A stretch of 64,000 nucleotides of DNA from Minisyncoccota bacterium (lineage in GTDB: Bacteria > Patescibacteriota > Minisyncoccia > Phycocordibacterales > UBA6899): assembly GCA_035583355.1 (NCBI GenBank), contig DATEZQ010000011.1, positions 19,648-83,647 of the forward strand. Direction: 5' to 3'. The notes beneath the pieces were generated by a model, which worked only from the letters and a program-made list of their open reading frames with translations, made no database searches and was not told where the DNA came from. Of the stretch, positions 29,234-39,072 are shown in pieces; within the stretch, counting starts at the first letter, position 1; every line of letters starts with the position of its first letter. A program made the translations under genes and the position numbers.

Positions 29234-30598
29234 TTAAGCAAGCATTGATTGAATGGTTTCTATAAGTGCTCGTTCGTGGACTTCGATTTGATCGCCGGAA
29301 ATAAGGTTACGGACAATAATTGTTTCCTTTGTAAGTTCCTGTTCTCCGGTAATGAGTGCGACTTGAAATCCGCGTTTATTTGCATATTCAAGCTCCTTTC
29401 CGAGTGCACGGTCAGTGAGATAGACTTCGGTCGGAATATTCGCCGCACGCAGGAGCGCTGCTTGCTTCAAATATATGTTTCCATGGGTCGCAAGTGGCAT
29501 TGCCGTGGTGATGATGACCGGTGCTATCGCTGAAGTATCTGCCTTGATGAGTCCAGTTTTGATGAGGCGAGGAAGGAGTCGTGAGACACCGATAGAGACA
29601 CCAACTCCGGGGAGCTGTCGATCAATGAAGCTACCGGCGAGGTTGTCGTAACGACCACCTGAGGCAATGCTTCCGATGTCTGCATGATTATCAAGTCTTG
29701 TTTCAAAAACATTTCCTGTGTAATAGGCGAGTCCTCGAGCGATTGACAGATCGATACAGAAATGACGCTCGGAGACTCCCAGTGCGCGGAGTCCGATAAT
29801 CATTTGTTCAATTTCCTCAAGTCCTTTCGTGAATTGAGTTCCTAGTTGCTGTGCCCTTAAACTGAGGAGTTGCTCATCAGTACTTCGCGTGTCTGTAAGC
29901 AGGGAAAGTGTGCGCTCTGCTACAGTGATGTTCATCCCACAGTTTTTGAGTGCGTGGATTGAGTCTTCATGAGACACCTTTTCAATGCGATCGATTACAA
30001 GCAGAGCTTCGGTGATTTTTGAATCATCGAGTCCTGCACCCGCAAGAATGCCCTGAAGAATTTTACGATTACCGATACGTATCGTGAAGTCTCCGATTGA
30101 AAGTTCGGTAAGAATATTCGCTATTACCGAAAGCACCTCTGCGTCATGGAGCGTGTCGAGAGTGCCATCTCCAATGACATCGATATCTGCTTGGATGAAT
30201 TGACGATAACGTCCTTCACGAGGTCGCTCGCCACGGAAGACTGGTCCAATAGCATAGCGACGGAAAGGAAATGCAATCTCTCGTTGGTGTGCTGCAACAT
30301 AGCGTGCCATAGGTACGGTATGGTCGAAGCGTAAGACAAGATCTTTGCTATCAGTAGGGGAATCTTTTGCCGGATTCATAAGGCGGAGTCCATACATCTG
30401 TGTACTGATCTCACCTTCTGATTTCGCAGTCATTACTTCCTCTCTTTCGACAAGCGGAGTTTCAATAGGGACAAAGCCTGCGCGCTCGTAGTGCTTGCGA
30501 ATTACATCGAGCACTTTTTGTTGCGCGATTGCTTCGTTGGGGAGCAGTTCAGGAAAACCACTTGGGCTTTGCAGAAGATTCTTTGGAAAATCTGACAT
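29234..30598 (-). CDS. hisS: Histidine--tRNA ligase
   Basis: 454 aa. Class-II aaRS motifs (FRGERPREGRYRQFIQADIDVIG; GGRYDNLAGSF) and a C-terminal anticodon-binding domain. Confidence 0.85.
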   Translation of the reverse strand: MSDFPKNLLQSPSGFPELLPNEAIAQQKVLDVIRKHYERAGFVPIETPLVEREEVMTAKSEGEISTQMYGLRLMNPAKDSPTDSKDLVLRFDHTVPMARYVAAHQREIAFPFRRYAIGPVFRGERPREGRYRQFIQADIDVIGDGTLDTLHDAEVLSVIANILTELSIGDFTIRIGNRKILQGILAGAGLDDSKITEALLVIDRIEKVSHEDSIHALKNCGMNITVAERTLSLLTDTRSTDEQLLSLRAQQLGTQFTKGLEEIEQMIIGLRALGVSERHFCIDLSIARGLAYYTGNVFETRLDNHADIGSIASGGRYDNLAGSFIDRQLPGVGVSIGVSRLLPRLIKTGLIKADTSAIAPVIITTAMPLATHGNIYLKQAALLRAANIPTEVYLTDRALGKELEYANKRGFQVALITGEQELTKETIIVRNLISGDQIEVHERALIETIQSMLA

Positions 30599-30725
30599 GT
30601 AGTTATAATAGCGTAAATACTGAGAATGGGGAATGGGAAAAAGCGTTGTTGCAGCAGTCTAAATTTCGCTTCAGAGGCTCTCTTAATGTCTTCCCATAAG
30701 CGCTTTTTTATGTTATGGTGCATGG

Positions 30726-31397
30726 ATGAAAACTCCTCCCAAGCAAGATAAGCCACACGTGCCTTATCATCTACGCAATTACGGAAAAGTTGGTCCATCA
30801 GGCTCAATGAAGCAGGGTGATGGTCGTGAGGGTGTCCGCGTACGATTCACTCGTGGTATTCACGGTACTGATGATATTTTGAGCATGCCCTATCCACAGA
30901 TAGCTTTTGTTGGCCGCTCAAATGTCGGAAAGTCTTCAATCATTAATGCTCTGCTTGGGGGCGTCTTTGCACGCGTTTCTGCGACACCAGGAAAGACTCA
31001 GGAGATCAACTTCTACACAGTAGATGACCGCCTCTTCGTTGTAGACCTTCCAGGCTATGGATATGCAAAACTTCCAATCCCGATTGCTGAGAAAATTCGT
31101 AAGCATATTCTTTGGTACCTAGGGAGCGATGAAGTCCGTCCAAAGGTCGTCTTGCTCATTCTCGATGCGCGTGTTGGGGTGACTGATGCGGACCGCGAGC
31201 TTATCAAGGTCGTTGAGGCAGAAAAGCATCCATTGCTTGTCGTGCTCAATAAGTGGGACAAACTCAATCAGTCTGAGGCGGTGCACGCAATGCGTAATTT
31301 TAAAGCTGAATTTCCACATCTCGAGGTGATGCCTGTTTCTGCGGAAAAGAAGTATAATGTTCCCGCACTTTTCGAGCGTCTCGAGCTCAAGAAATAG
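30726..31397 (+). CDS. engB: Ribosome biogenesis GTPase EngB/YihA
   Basis: G1 FVGRSNVGKSSIINAL, G3 DLPGYGYAK, G4 NKWDK. The N-terminus is longer than typical; an alternative start at 30807 (MKQGDG...) is possible. Confidence 0.8.
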   Translation: MKTPPKQDKPHVPYHLRNYGKVGPSGSMKQGDGREGVRVRFTRGIHGTDDILSMPYPQIAFVGRSNVGKSSIINALLGGVFARVSATPGKTQEINFYTVDDRLFVVDLPGYGYAKLPIPIAEKIRKHILWYLGSDEVRPKVVLLILDARVGVTDADRELIKVVEAEKHPLLVVLNKWDKLNQSEAVHAMRNFKAEFPHLEVMPVSAEKKYNVPALFERLELKK

Positions 31398-31406
31398 TAC
31401 TAACCA

Positions 31407-31434
31407 AAACACCACTTGCGATGTGGTGTTTTTG
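31407..31434 (+). terminator. Rho-independent terminator after engB
   Basis: aaacaccac-ttgcgat-gtggtgttttt. Confidence 0.65.
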
Positions 31435-31531
31435 TGTGTTCACATGCAAAATACCACTACTATAAACATGACGTACAGGAAAGTGGAGAGTATGCTGTAT
31501 ATAGAGCAGTTCATTGTATAGGGAGGCCAAT

Positions 31532-34321
31532 ATGGCCACGCAAAAAAGCAAATCCCCGAAGAGCCCCTGGAACTCGCAGAAGCTGCATACGTTCATTCAG
31601 AAGGTCATCGATAGTGGTGGCCTCAATGTGACGGATGAAATTCCGACGAATCTCTTGCATGCCGCGATTGCGGAACGCGAGGATCTTGTTCGGCTTTTCA
31701 CGAAGCAGTTTCCGTTTACGAAAACAGCGATTCAGGAACACCTCGGCAATCTTGTCTGGACGAAACAGCGGACGAAGTTGATCGAGGCGTATTACAAGAA
31801 TGGTGAAACTGACGAAAAGATCGCCAAGCACTTCAGCTATCTTCCGCTTTCCATCCTCCGCGCGCGTATGCGCTGGATTCGAGGGAAGGGGATGCCAAAG
31901 ACTCCGCCCCCGCGCGTGCACGGCTTGTTCCGTGTCATTCCCGATGGGCAGGTCGTCGAGGAGGTGAAGGTCGAAGCTTCGACGCTCGAAGAGCCGATCA
32001 TCCTTTCTGACAAGGTCGAGGGCATCGTTCCTCTCCAGTCATTGATGTTCGGTTTGCCCTATGATCCGTGCATGACGCATCTTGTCCCTCGCTGTGCGAT
32101 GGAAGTTGCGGAGCGCACGAATCATGCGGTCGTCATCGCAGGAGGACTCCTGCATCTTGATGTTCGCCAGGCGAGTGCCGCAACAGCGAATCGTATCGCG
32201 CGCATGAGTGCGCTCGATATCGATCCTGCGGTCTTCCCGACCGCGTACAAGAAGCGCGTCGAGCTCATTATGAAAGACGAGCCTGACACGCCGATCTTCA
32301 CGACGTTCGCGGAAGACCTCGAGAATCTGCTTTCGGGCATTCGCAAGGTATTCCAGGATACGAGCAAGAAGGGTGCGGTTCCGCGCTTTACGGTGCCACT
32401 CTTCCTGATGCTCACTTCGGGTGAACGCGATCTCATCGATCGCTGTGCGCATTACGAAATTCGTTACAATGTGCTTCGCGAAGCGAAGCGCTTGAATGAC
32501 GAACGTGCGCGCCTCAGTGCGCTCATGCGTGCTGACCCTGAGAACGAATCCTTTAAGGAGTCGCTCGAGGCCATCGACGACGAGATCAAGCGGACGCTGC
32601 AGACTTACGTGTCGAAAGACAACCGACGTCGTGCGTATGATCGCCTCTATAACTACATCGTGCAGGAATTGCTTTCGGCGATTCCAGGTTCGCGCTTTGT
32701 GGGGATGAATCAGGTCACGTTTTTCCACAAAGGGAAGACCTGGCGCATCAGCGAGGCTGGTCGTGACAAGAAGAGCGCGAAGTTGCTCGATCACGAAATG
32801 CGTAATCATCTGAACGGGCTCACCCTTACGGGCGGGCTTGCCGACGTGGAGATCATCGTCAATCGGTGGTCGCTGTATGGGGCGATGTCGCTCCTCAATG
32901 ACACGAAGGCTGAACAGAAGCGTTTCGTGCAAGTGGTGGTGCCTCCTCCGACTTGTGATGTCGCGCACGTGCGCGCACATATGTTGAGGGAAGGGCTATT
33001 CGAAAATCGTACTCAGGCGGAGCGCTTCTTCAATGAGTCGCTCTTGGAGCCGGGTATGTTCACGCTCAGTTCTCGTGAGGGTCTCGTGCGCGTCGGCTGC
33101 TACAAGATTGCTGCGTTGCAGTATCAGGGCGGCATGCTTGCGTCGAGGCGCAAAGAGATTGAGGCGCGTAGGGAGCAGTACTTCACGTTCATGCTGACGA
33201 GCGATTTGCACGTCGGACATGCGTGGGAATGGCATGCGCGTTCACCGAAGAAGGGTTTGCTTGATATGACGAGTGCGATCTTTACTCTCCTTAGGGAGCA
33301 TAACGGGATCGGTCGTATTCACTCGTATCTCATTCCTGACGATCTGGTGCATGGCGCGAATCATCCGTACCATCTGCAGCCACACGAGCAACGCTTGAGT
33401 GTGCATGCACTGGAAGCGATGCGCGCGAAGGAATTGGAAGAGGTGAAGACCACGCAGAGCACCAAAGAGCTTCGCAAGAAGCTCAAGGAGCGGTGGGACT
33501 TCTCGATTGACCAAGTGGTGAAGGGTGCGAGCTATCGTCCGGAAGAACAGTTCAGAAAGTTCATCTACATGACGCTCGTTCCCAATGCCGACATGCTTGG
33601 GAATATCGTGGCCACCTACTGCCAGTCGTCGGCGCGTTTCGTGCCGGCGAGTGAAGTCCTCAAGGTGCCAAAAGATTCTCGCGATCTTACCGTCATTGCC
33701 TTTGGCAACGGTAATCACTGGATGAATTCTGGTATCCGTGGTGAGAGCTTCATTTCGGAAAGTTTCATCGCCGCCGAAGTCCTCAAACCGCATCTGATGC
33801 AGTATGTCCCTCGGGACTACCATCATAAGTTGCTTGAGGAGTATTCTCCGCTCGTTGGAGCACCGCTCCATGGGCAGGATGCGCTCGGTTTGGCCCGGCT
33901 TAATCTGGGTCATAATGTCGAATATGGCGTCGCCTTGCGGGGGAGCCCTGCACGCTATGGTGCTGCGAATGGTTTCGGCCTTGCCGAGACTGCGCACAAT
34001 GCCATCGAGCGTGGCAATTACAATGGTATCTTCCGCGGAGTGCAAATGACCGTCGAATTTTACGGTGATAAGCACAAGGCTGCCGCTATCTTCGCTCCGG
34101 GTTATCTCGGTGTGATGTCCGGCACTGCTGCGACTGAGGATCCCTTCAGTATTCATGGGTTCTCTCGTGTACACAATGCAGGCGTCTTCGCTTCGCTCTG
34201 CGCCGCAGGAAATGAATTTGGTCCCACCTTCGTCACGTATTGCCCCGCGCCGTGGCTGAAGGACTGCATCGAAAAAGAACGCGTGGTGGATTTCCGGAAT
34301 ATCCTTCCGAATCCTATGTAA
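31532..34321 (+). CDS. Large orphan protein (929 aa) in a compositionally distinct segment, likely horizontally acquired
   Basis: ATG at 31532 with a canonical GGGAGG Shine-Dalgarno 6 nt upstream. GC noticeably higher than its neighbours, with heavy use of CCG/GCG/ACG/TCG/CGC codons. The reverse strand is also open over long stretches, a high-GC artefact. Possible weak metallophosphoesterase-like motifs in the C-terminal half (SDLHVGH..., DDLVHGANH, GNGNHW). No confident family. Confidence 0.6.
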   Translation: MATQKSKSPKSPWNSQKLHTFIQKVIDSGGLNVTDEIPTNLLHAAIAEREDLVRLFTKQFPFTKTAIQEHLGNLVWTKQRTKLIEAYYKNGETDEKIAKHFSYLPLSILRARMRWIRGKGMPKTPPPRVHGLFRVIPDGQVVEEVKVEASTLEEPIILSDKVEGIVPLQSLMFGLPYDPCMTHLVPRCAMEVAERTNHAVVIAGGLLHLDVRQASAATANRIARMSALDIDPAVFPTAYKKRVELIMKDEPDTPIFTTFAEDLENLLSGIRKVFQDTSKKGAVPRFTVPLFLMLTSGERDLIDRCAHYEIRYNVLREAKRLNDERARLSALMRADPENESFKESLEAIDDEIKRTLQTYVSKDNRRRAYDRLYNYIVQELLSAIPGSRFVGMNQVTFFHKGKTWRISEAGRDKKSAKLLDHEMRNHLNGLTLTGGLADVEIIVNRWSLYGAMSLLNDTKAEQKRFVQVVVPPPTCDVAHVRAHMLREGLFENRTQAERFFNESLLEPGMFTLSSREGLVRVGCYKIAALQYQGGMLASRRKEIEARREQYFTFMLTSDLHVGHAWEWHARSPKKGLLDMTSAIFTLLREHNGIGRIHSYLIPDDLVHGANHPYHLQPHEQRLSVHALEAMRAKELEEVKTTQSTKELRKKLKERWDFSIDQVVKGASYRPEEQFRKFIYMTLVPNADMLGNIVATYCQSSARFVPASEVLKVPKDSRDLTVIAFGNGNHWMNSGIRGESFISESFIAAEVLKPHLMQYVPRDYHHKLLEEYSPLVGAPLHGQDALGLARLNLGHNVEYGVALRGSPARYGAANGFGLAETAHNAIERGNYNGIFRGVQMTVEFYGDKHKAAAIFAPGYLGVMSGTAATEDPFSIHGFSRVHNAGVFASLCAAGNEFGPTFVTYCPAPWLKDCIEKERVVDFRNILPNPM

Positions 34322-34323
34322 AC

Positions 34324-34352
34324 AATGCCCCCCCAAGTGGGGGCATTTTTTT
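34324..34352 (+). terminator. Rho-independent terminator
   Basis: aatgccccc-ccaagt-gggggcatttttttt. Confidence 0.7.
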
Positions 34353-34385
34353 GAGCAGTTTTGCTCATCGTGTTATACTATACTC

Positions 34386-34910
34386 ATGGCAACTATAGCA
34401 CTCATCATTGCAGAGGAAGGTTTTCAGACAAAGGAATATAATGATACGAAGCATATGCTCGAAAGCGCAGGGCATAAGGTTATCACTGTATCCGTGCATG
34501 GGGGAGTGGCAATCTCAAATATCAACGAGCACATTGCGGTCGATATGAGTCTTTCAGAGCTTCAGCTCGAAAGCATTGATGGTGTGTATTTGATTGGGGG
34601 TCCAGGTGCATTACGTGCTCTCGATAATCCTGAGATGTATAAATTCCTTGCATCGGTACGCGACCTTCCTGGGATGGCATATGGTTCTATCTGTGTATCG
34701 ACGAGAGTGCTCGCAAAAGCACATGTACTTGAAGGTCAGAAGGCCACAGGATGGAATGGTGACCGACAACTCGGAGATATTCTTTCTGCAGGAGGTGCCA
34801 CCTACATCCCACAACCAGTTGTCGAAGATGGCCGTGTTATCACCGCCGATGGTCCTATCTCTGCCGCAGGCTTCGGCACCGCTATAGCGAAGCGTTTCAA
34901 GACTTCATAA
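34386..34910 (+). CDS. DJ-1/PfpI family protein
   Basis: 174 aa. Nucleophile-elbow Cys in AYGSICVS. Type 1 glutamine amidotransferase-like fold pattern (IDGVYLIGGPGA...). Confidence 0.8.
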   Translation: MATIALIIAEEGFQTKEYNDTKHMLESAGHKVITVSVHGGVAISNINEHIAVDMSLSELQLESIDGVYLIGGPGALRALDNPEMYKFLASVRDLPGMAYGSICVSTRVLAKAHVLEGQKATGWNGDRQLGDILSAGGATYIPQPVVEDGRVITADGPISAAGFGTAIAKRFKTS

Positions 34911-35020
34911 TTTGGCGAACTTTATCTTGTTTCATCATGTGATTCGCTCACCGTATAACCCATACGCCTCGCTAGAATTCACATGACTCCAACAAGACAA
35001 ATTTCATCCAAATTCTGAAG
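34906..35020. repeat. Structured intergenic hairpin element, copy 3
   Basis: cataatttggcg...catccaaattctg outer stem overlapping the DJ-1 stop codon. catgtga/tcacatg stem. Core gattcgctcaccgtataacccatacgcctcgctagaattc. Confidence 0.55.
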
Positions 35021-35108
35021 TCTCTCGTTTGAGATATGATGCTTTATGCTAATTTATTGTTTCAACAAAATTTAGGTAATAAAAATTCCCCTAGCGGGGA
35101 AATTTTTA

Positions 35109-35399
35109 TTACCACTGCTGACGTGGGCGGAACTCGCGCTGTGGGCGATCCTCCTTTGGGCGAGCGATGTTCACCGTAAGACGGCGACCACCGAACTCCT
35201 TGTCATGAAACATGTCGATAGCTGCATTTGCCATCTCCTCAGTGTCCATCTCTACGAAACCGAATCCGCGTGAGCGGCGAGTTTCGCGATCTGTCACTAT
35301 AGAAGCTGACGTTACAGTACCAGCAGCAGCGAACGCGTCCTTGAGCTCCGTATCTGTTGTAGAATATGGGAGACCACCGACGTAAAGCTTTATTGCCAT
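35109..35399 (-). CDS. RNA-binding protein with RRM domain
   Basis: RNP2 KLYVGGL, RNP1 RGFGFVEM, 96 aa. Confidence 0.8.
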   Translation of the reverse strand: MAIKLYVGGLPYSTTDTELKDAFAAAGTVTSASIVTDRETRRSRGFGFVEMDTEEMANAAIDMFHDKEFGGRRLTVNIARPKEDRPQREFRPRQQW

Positions 35400-35557
35400 A
35401 ATACTCGGGAATTTACATTAAAAATCGTGACGACCTTCCCGAGATACTTAGGGCAGTTAGCCCTAGACGCACGAGAATCACACGAACTTCATTATAGTAC
35501 ACTATTCCTGGGGAATAGCAAGGATAGTAAATAACAGTGGAATATCCCATAAAAACA

Positions 35558-35584
35558 AAACAAGACCTTGCGGTCTTGTTTTTT
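35558..35584. terminator. Bidirectional rho-independent terminator
   Basis: aacaagacc-ttgc-ggtcttgtttttt with an A-run upstream. Terminates the minus-strand helicase gene. Confidence 0.65.
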
Positions 35585-37115
35585 AACGCCACTGCTTCCT
35601 CTCGGGGACGAAGGTGAGCGCATGTCCACTCTTGCTTGCACGACCAGTACGACCGATGCGGTGCACATAAGTGTCATAGTCATTTGGAAGGTCGTAGTTT
35701 ACGACCATGGTGATATCGGCGATATCGATACCGCGAGCCGCAACATCAGTTGCAATGACCGCCTGCACTGTACCTGAGGCGAGTGCCTGCACAGCACGCT
35801 CACGCTCACGATTACGCATGTCTCCATGGAGTGCGAGTACACGGAATCCACGCTTATTGAGTGTCTCTGCAAGGCCATCAACGTGACGCTTCATTTCGCG
35901 GAAGATAAGTACCTTATTCGCATTGTCTCCATTCAAGATATCCGAGAGCTTCTCGATTTTGTCCGCTTCGTCACGTACGCGCACGATGTTCTGTTCCACT
36001 GCGCTTGCAGTGTCACGAGACTTGATTGCGATCGTTGTAGGATCCTTGAGGAACTTACGGCAAAGTGCACGAATCTCATCAGAGAATGTCGCTGAGAAGA
36101 AAAGACTCTGGCGATCCTCCGGCATTTCGCCGAGGATGAAGCGCATATCATCAATGAAACCCATGTCGAGCATACGGTCTGCCTCATCGAGGACGACCGA
36201 CGTATAACCCTTCATGTTGATCTTTCCCTGGAGCATAAGGTCTTTGACACGACCTGGCGTACCGATGACCGCATGTACTCCTTGGCGAAGTTCACGGATC
36301 TGACGATAGATAGGAGCGCCGCCGACACACGTCACTGAGAAAAGATTCATTCCCTTTGTGAAGTCTTGGAAAGCATCCTCGATCTGCGTCGCGAGTTCGC
36401 GTGTAGGAGAGAGGACAAGGATTTTCTGATTAGGATTTGCAACGAGCTTGTTGATGAGGGGGATGAGGAATGCTGCGGTCTTTCCTGTTCCTGTTGCAGC
36501 AATACCGATGATGTCTTTGCCGGTAAGAACTACAGGGATAGCCTGGTCTTGAATTGCAGATGGCTTTACAAAACCCTTTGCCGCTAGATTTGCGGCAAGC
36601 TTCTCGTGAATTCCAAAGTCATTGAAGACATGCTTTGCATCATATGATTCCTGTTCGCTCTTCGTTGCCTTGTTGATGAAGCGTGCCTCATCGATGATAT
36701 TCTTATTGAAGCCACGTCCGCGACCACCACCATTTCGCGATCCGCCGGAGCGAGAACCAAATGATGGACGCCCGAATGAGCGTGCGGGTGCACGGCTTGG
36801 TGCAGCTGATGCACCACGGTAACCACCACGAGTACTGTGCTCTGCGTGTGGCGTACGACCTGATGCTGGTGCTGCGGAGTGACCACGGTAACCACCGCGA
36901 GACTCATCACGTCCAAAAGAGCGCTCGCGCGTTGCGGGTGCTGCTGCATGACCACGATAGCCCCCTGTTTTTGGTGCTGTGCTGCGTGCGCGGCTGCGAG
37001 GAGATTCCTCTTGTGCGCGTTCGCTACGATTGCGATTACGTGAAGACTTTGGTGCCGAAGGATGCAGTGGGCGACCACTGCGCGGAGACTTTGCTCCGAA
37101 TTTTTTGATACGCAT
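35583..37115 (-). CDS. DEAD-box ATP-dependent RNA helicase with N-terminal Arg/Gly-rich (RGG-like) extension
   Basis: Q-motif ...FVKPSAIQDQAIP. Motif I AATGTGKTAAF. DEAD in VLDEADRMLDMGF. SAT in FSATFS. HRIGRTGR motif VI. N-terminal 150 aa is a low-complexity GGYRGH/RG repeat region. Confidence 0.85.
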   Translation of the reverse strand: MRIKKFGAKSPRSGRPLHPSAPKSSRNRNRSERAQEESPRSRARSTAPKTGGYRGHAAAPATRERSFGRDESRGGYRGHSAAPASGRTPHAEHSTRGGYRGASAAPSRAPARSFGRPSFGSRSGGSRNGGGRGRGFNKNIIDEARFINKATKSEQESYDAKHVFNDFGIHEKLAANLAAKGFVKPSAIQDQAIPVVLTGKDIIGIAATGTGKTAAFLIPLINKLVANPNQKILVLSPTRELATQIEDAFQDFTKGMNLFSVTCVGGAPIYRQIRELRQGVHAVIGTPGRVKDLMLQGKINMKGYTSVVLDEADRMLDMGFIDDMRFILGEMPEDRQSLFFSATFSDEIRALCRKFLKDPTTIAIKSRDTASAVEQNIVRVRDEADKIEKLSDILNGDNANKVLIFREMKRHVDGLAETLNKRGFRVLALHGDMRNRERERAVQALASGTVQAVIATDVAARGIDIADITMVVNYDLPNDYDTYVHRIGRTGRASKSGHALTFVPERKQWR

Positions 37116-37265
37116 TATGTATGTGATTTAATTCAATGTAAATCACGTTTTAAGCCCACTAAAGAGAATGGCTATGTAATGACGTACAGAGATGTTGGAA
37201 AGTTGCACTATATCATGTTCGTTCGTTCGTGTCAAGATAATCCATGCATCTGCTATAATGAACCA

Positions 37266-37493
37266 ATGGAAATTCGCGTGAAGATAACTCCAAACGTAAA
37301 AAAGGAATCGGTGGAAGTGCTTCCTGACGGGCGTTATCATGTTGCTGTGAAAGCTGACCGCAAAGACGGGCTTGCAAACGATCGCATGAGAAGTTTATTG
37401 GCGGTACATTTCAATGTTCCCATCTCCTCCGTCAATCTTATTGCAGGACATACGAGCCCCACAAAGACTGTGAGGATTAATGGCATTAAATAG
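37266..37493 (+). CDS. DUF167/YggU-family small protein
   Basis: MEIRVKITPNVKKESVEVLPDGRYHVAVKADRKDGLANDRMRSLLAVHFNVPISSVNLIAGHTSPTKTVRING matches the YggU pattern. tgctataat -10-like sequence upstream. The ORF track extends upstream to 37062, but that region overlaps the helicase end. Confidence 0.6.
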   Translation: MEIRVKITPNVKKESVEVLPDGRYHVAVKADRKDGLANDRMRSLLAVHFNVPISSVNLIAGHTSPTKTVRINGIK

Positions 37494-37543
37494 CATTGGG
37501 GACATAACCGCGCATGGCCTTTTTCTAATGCTATAATGGTCAC

Positions 37544-37807
37544 ATGAGTAAAATTGAAATGCAGGTACTTACCGCATCGGGTTGTACGCATTGTCATCAT
37601 TTTTTGAAATTCTGGAATGCTGAGTCTGCATCCTGGGAAAACATAACGCTTCGTGAAATCGACATACTTGATAGAGAAGGGCAGCAGATGGTGGCGAAGC
37701 ATCATATTTTTTCTCTTCCTGGTGTGGTGATACAGAATAGATTAATTTCGACGGGAGAAGTTGATGTTCCTCGTTTTCGTGAAGCATTGAGTGCGATCGC
37801 TGCTTAG
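37544..37807 (+). CDS. Small thioredoxin/glutaredoxin-like protein
   Basis: 87 aa. CTHC redox motif near the N-terminus (VLTASGCTHCHHF), typical of glutaredoxin-like small redox proteins. Confidence 0.55.
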   Translation: MSKIEMQVLTASGCTHCHHFLKFWNAESASWENITLREIDILDREGQQMVAKHHIFSLPGVVIQNRLISTGEVDVPRFREALSAIAA

Positions 37808-37823
37808 AACTTTTTTACATACC

Positions 37824-39050
37824 ATGCAACCTTTATACAGAATGCGCATCATCCCAGCGCTCAGCGTTATCCTGGTTTTCATTGCAGTACTTGCAATGAT
37901 TTCTTGGGGTCTTTTTTCGCAGACAATATTTGGGGGTGGTATTTCGGTGACTAGTTTTGGATGGTATGTATATGCATTTGCTTCGGGCATATTTCTTCTT
38001 GGGTCTCCTGCGGTCTTTCCCTTTACGCTTACCGTGATTCCGATGGCGACGAAGCGCCGCCTCGGCAATGCCGTTGTGCTTTCATTTGCTTTTAGCATAG
38101 GTGTGCTGCTTATGCTTGTGGCTGTTGGTTTCTTCTCGGGGCTATTTGGATTGATTGGGTTCGATATGTTCTCACTAACGGTCCCCGTCACCTTGCGCGT
38201 AGGGATGCTTGTGCTCGGGGTTATAGCATACGTACTCGCACTTCCCGAAGTCGATCTTATGCACATTGTTCGTGGTCGGGTGGGGGACAAGGTGACCGCT
38301 ATGCTCTCGGGTGAGCATCGGACGTTCAGTGCGTTTATTCTCGGAGTATTTCTCTCTATTGTTAATATTCATCCTGCGACTTTGTTGTTGCTTGGTGCAG
38401 TAATGCTTTCTGGTGATCCATTGCACGGCGCAGGGTTGCTACTCATGCATGCGATTGGAAGGATTATCCCACTGCTCATTGCGCTCACGATTGCAGCACT
38501 TGGGATTGATGTTTCTGAATGGATAAGCGAGCGCAAAGAACGAATGCGTATACTGCTGGGATGGGTCATCATTGGTGTTGCGGGTCTACTTATTGATGGT
38601 GCACTCACTGGATGGACAGAGTGGCTTAGGCTCGGATCCCCGATGCAACAATTTTTCCACGATCGTTTTGCCCTCGCGATCCTTTGGCTTGTTCCACTCT
38701 GGGTGCTCTATTTCATGGAATCGCGCCGCATCTATGGAAGCCCTCTCCTTGAATTAAAAGTGTACGAGCGAGCAATAGACCGTATGGAATATGAGCGTCG
38801 AGCGCTCATCCACACATTGCATTTTAGGGAGAGTGCAAATGAATTGTATATTGCAAAGATAGAGCGTCAGATGGATGTGCTCTTAAAGAAGCGTCGTATT
38901 ATAGAGAGCGGGCTTCGACATTCCACAGAGGAGAGTTTGCGAGGAAAGGTGACCGAGCGTCTTGAGGAGCGCTTGCTCGTCATGCGTTTCGCGTTTACCG
39001 TGGCTGCCTCTTTGCTCGTGGTGACTGTACTTTCATTGTTTTCTATTTAA
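37824..39050 (+). CDS. Polytopic membrane protein with cytoplasmic coiled-coil tail
   Basis: At least 8 predicted TM segments, then a charged helical C-terminus. No Cys pairs, so not a CcdA/DsbD homologue despite its neighbourhood. Start taken at MQPLYRM. Confidence 0.45.
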   Translation: MQPLYRMRIIPALSVILVFIAVLAMISWGLFSQTIFGGGISVTSFGWYVYAFASGIFLLGSPAVFPFTLTVIPMATKRRLGNAVVLSFAFSIGVLLMLVAVGFFSGLFGLIGFDMFSLTVPVTLRVGMLVLGVIAYVLALPEVDLMHIVRGRVGDKVTAMLSGEHRTFSAFILGVFLSIVNIHPATLLLLGAVMLSGDPLHGAGLLLMHAIGRIIPLLIALTIAALGIDVSEWISERKERMRILLGWVIIGVAGLLIDGALTGWTEWLRLGSPMQQFFHDRFALAILWLVPLWVLYFMESRRIYGSPLLELKVYERAIDRMEYERRALIHTLHFRESANELYIAKIERQMDVLLKKRRIIESGLRHSTEESLRGKVTERLEERLLVMRFAFTVAASLLVVTVLSLFSI

Positions 39051-39072
39051 AAATCCCCGGGTGGGGATTTTT
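39050..39072. terminator. Bidirectional rho-independent terminator
   Basis: aaaatcccc-gggt-ggggatttt. Confidence 0.65.

Noticed and set aside
32039-34336. Long minus-strand ORFs (32039..32980, 33242..34336 and others) inside the 31.5-34.3 kb gene
   Set aside because: They lie entirely antisense to a longer ORF in a high-GC segment, where stop codons are rare. Composition (Arg/His/Asp-rich, no Shine-Dalgarno) is typical of antisense artefacts.
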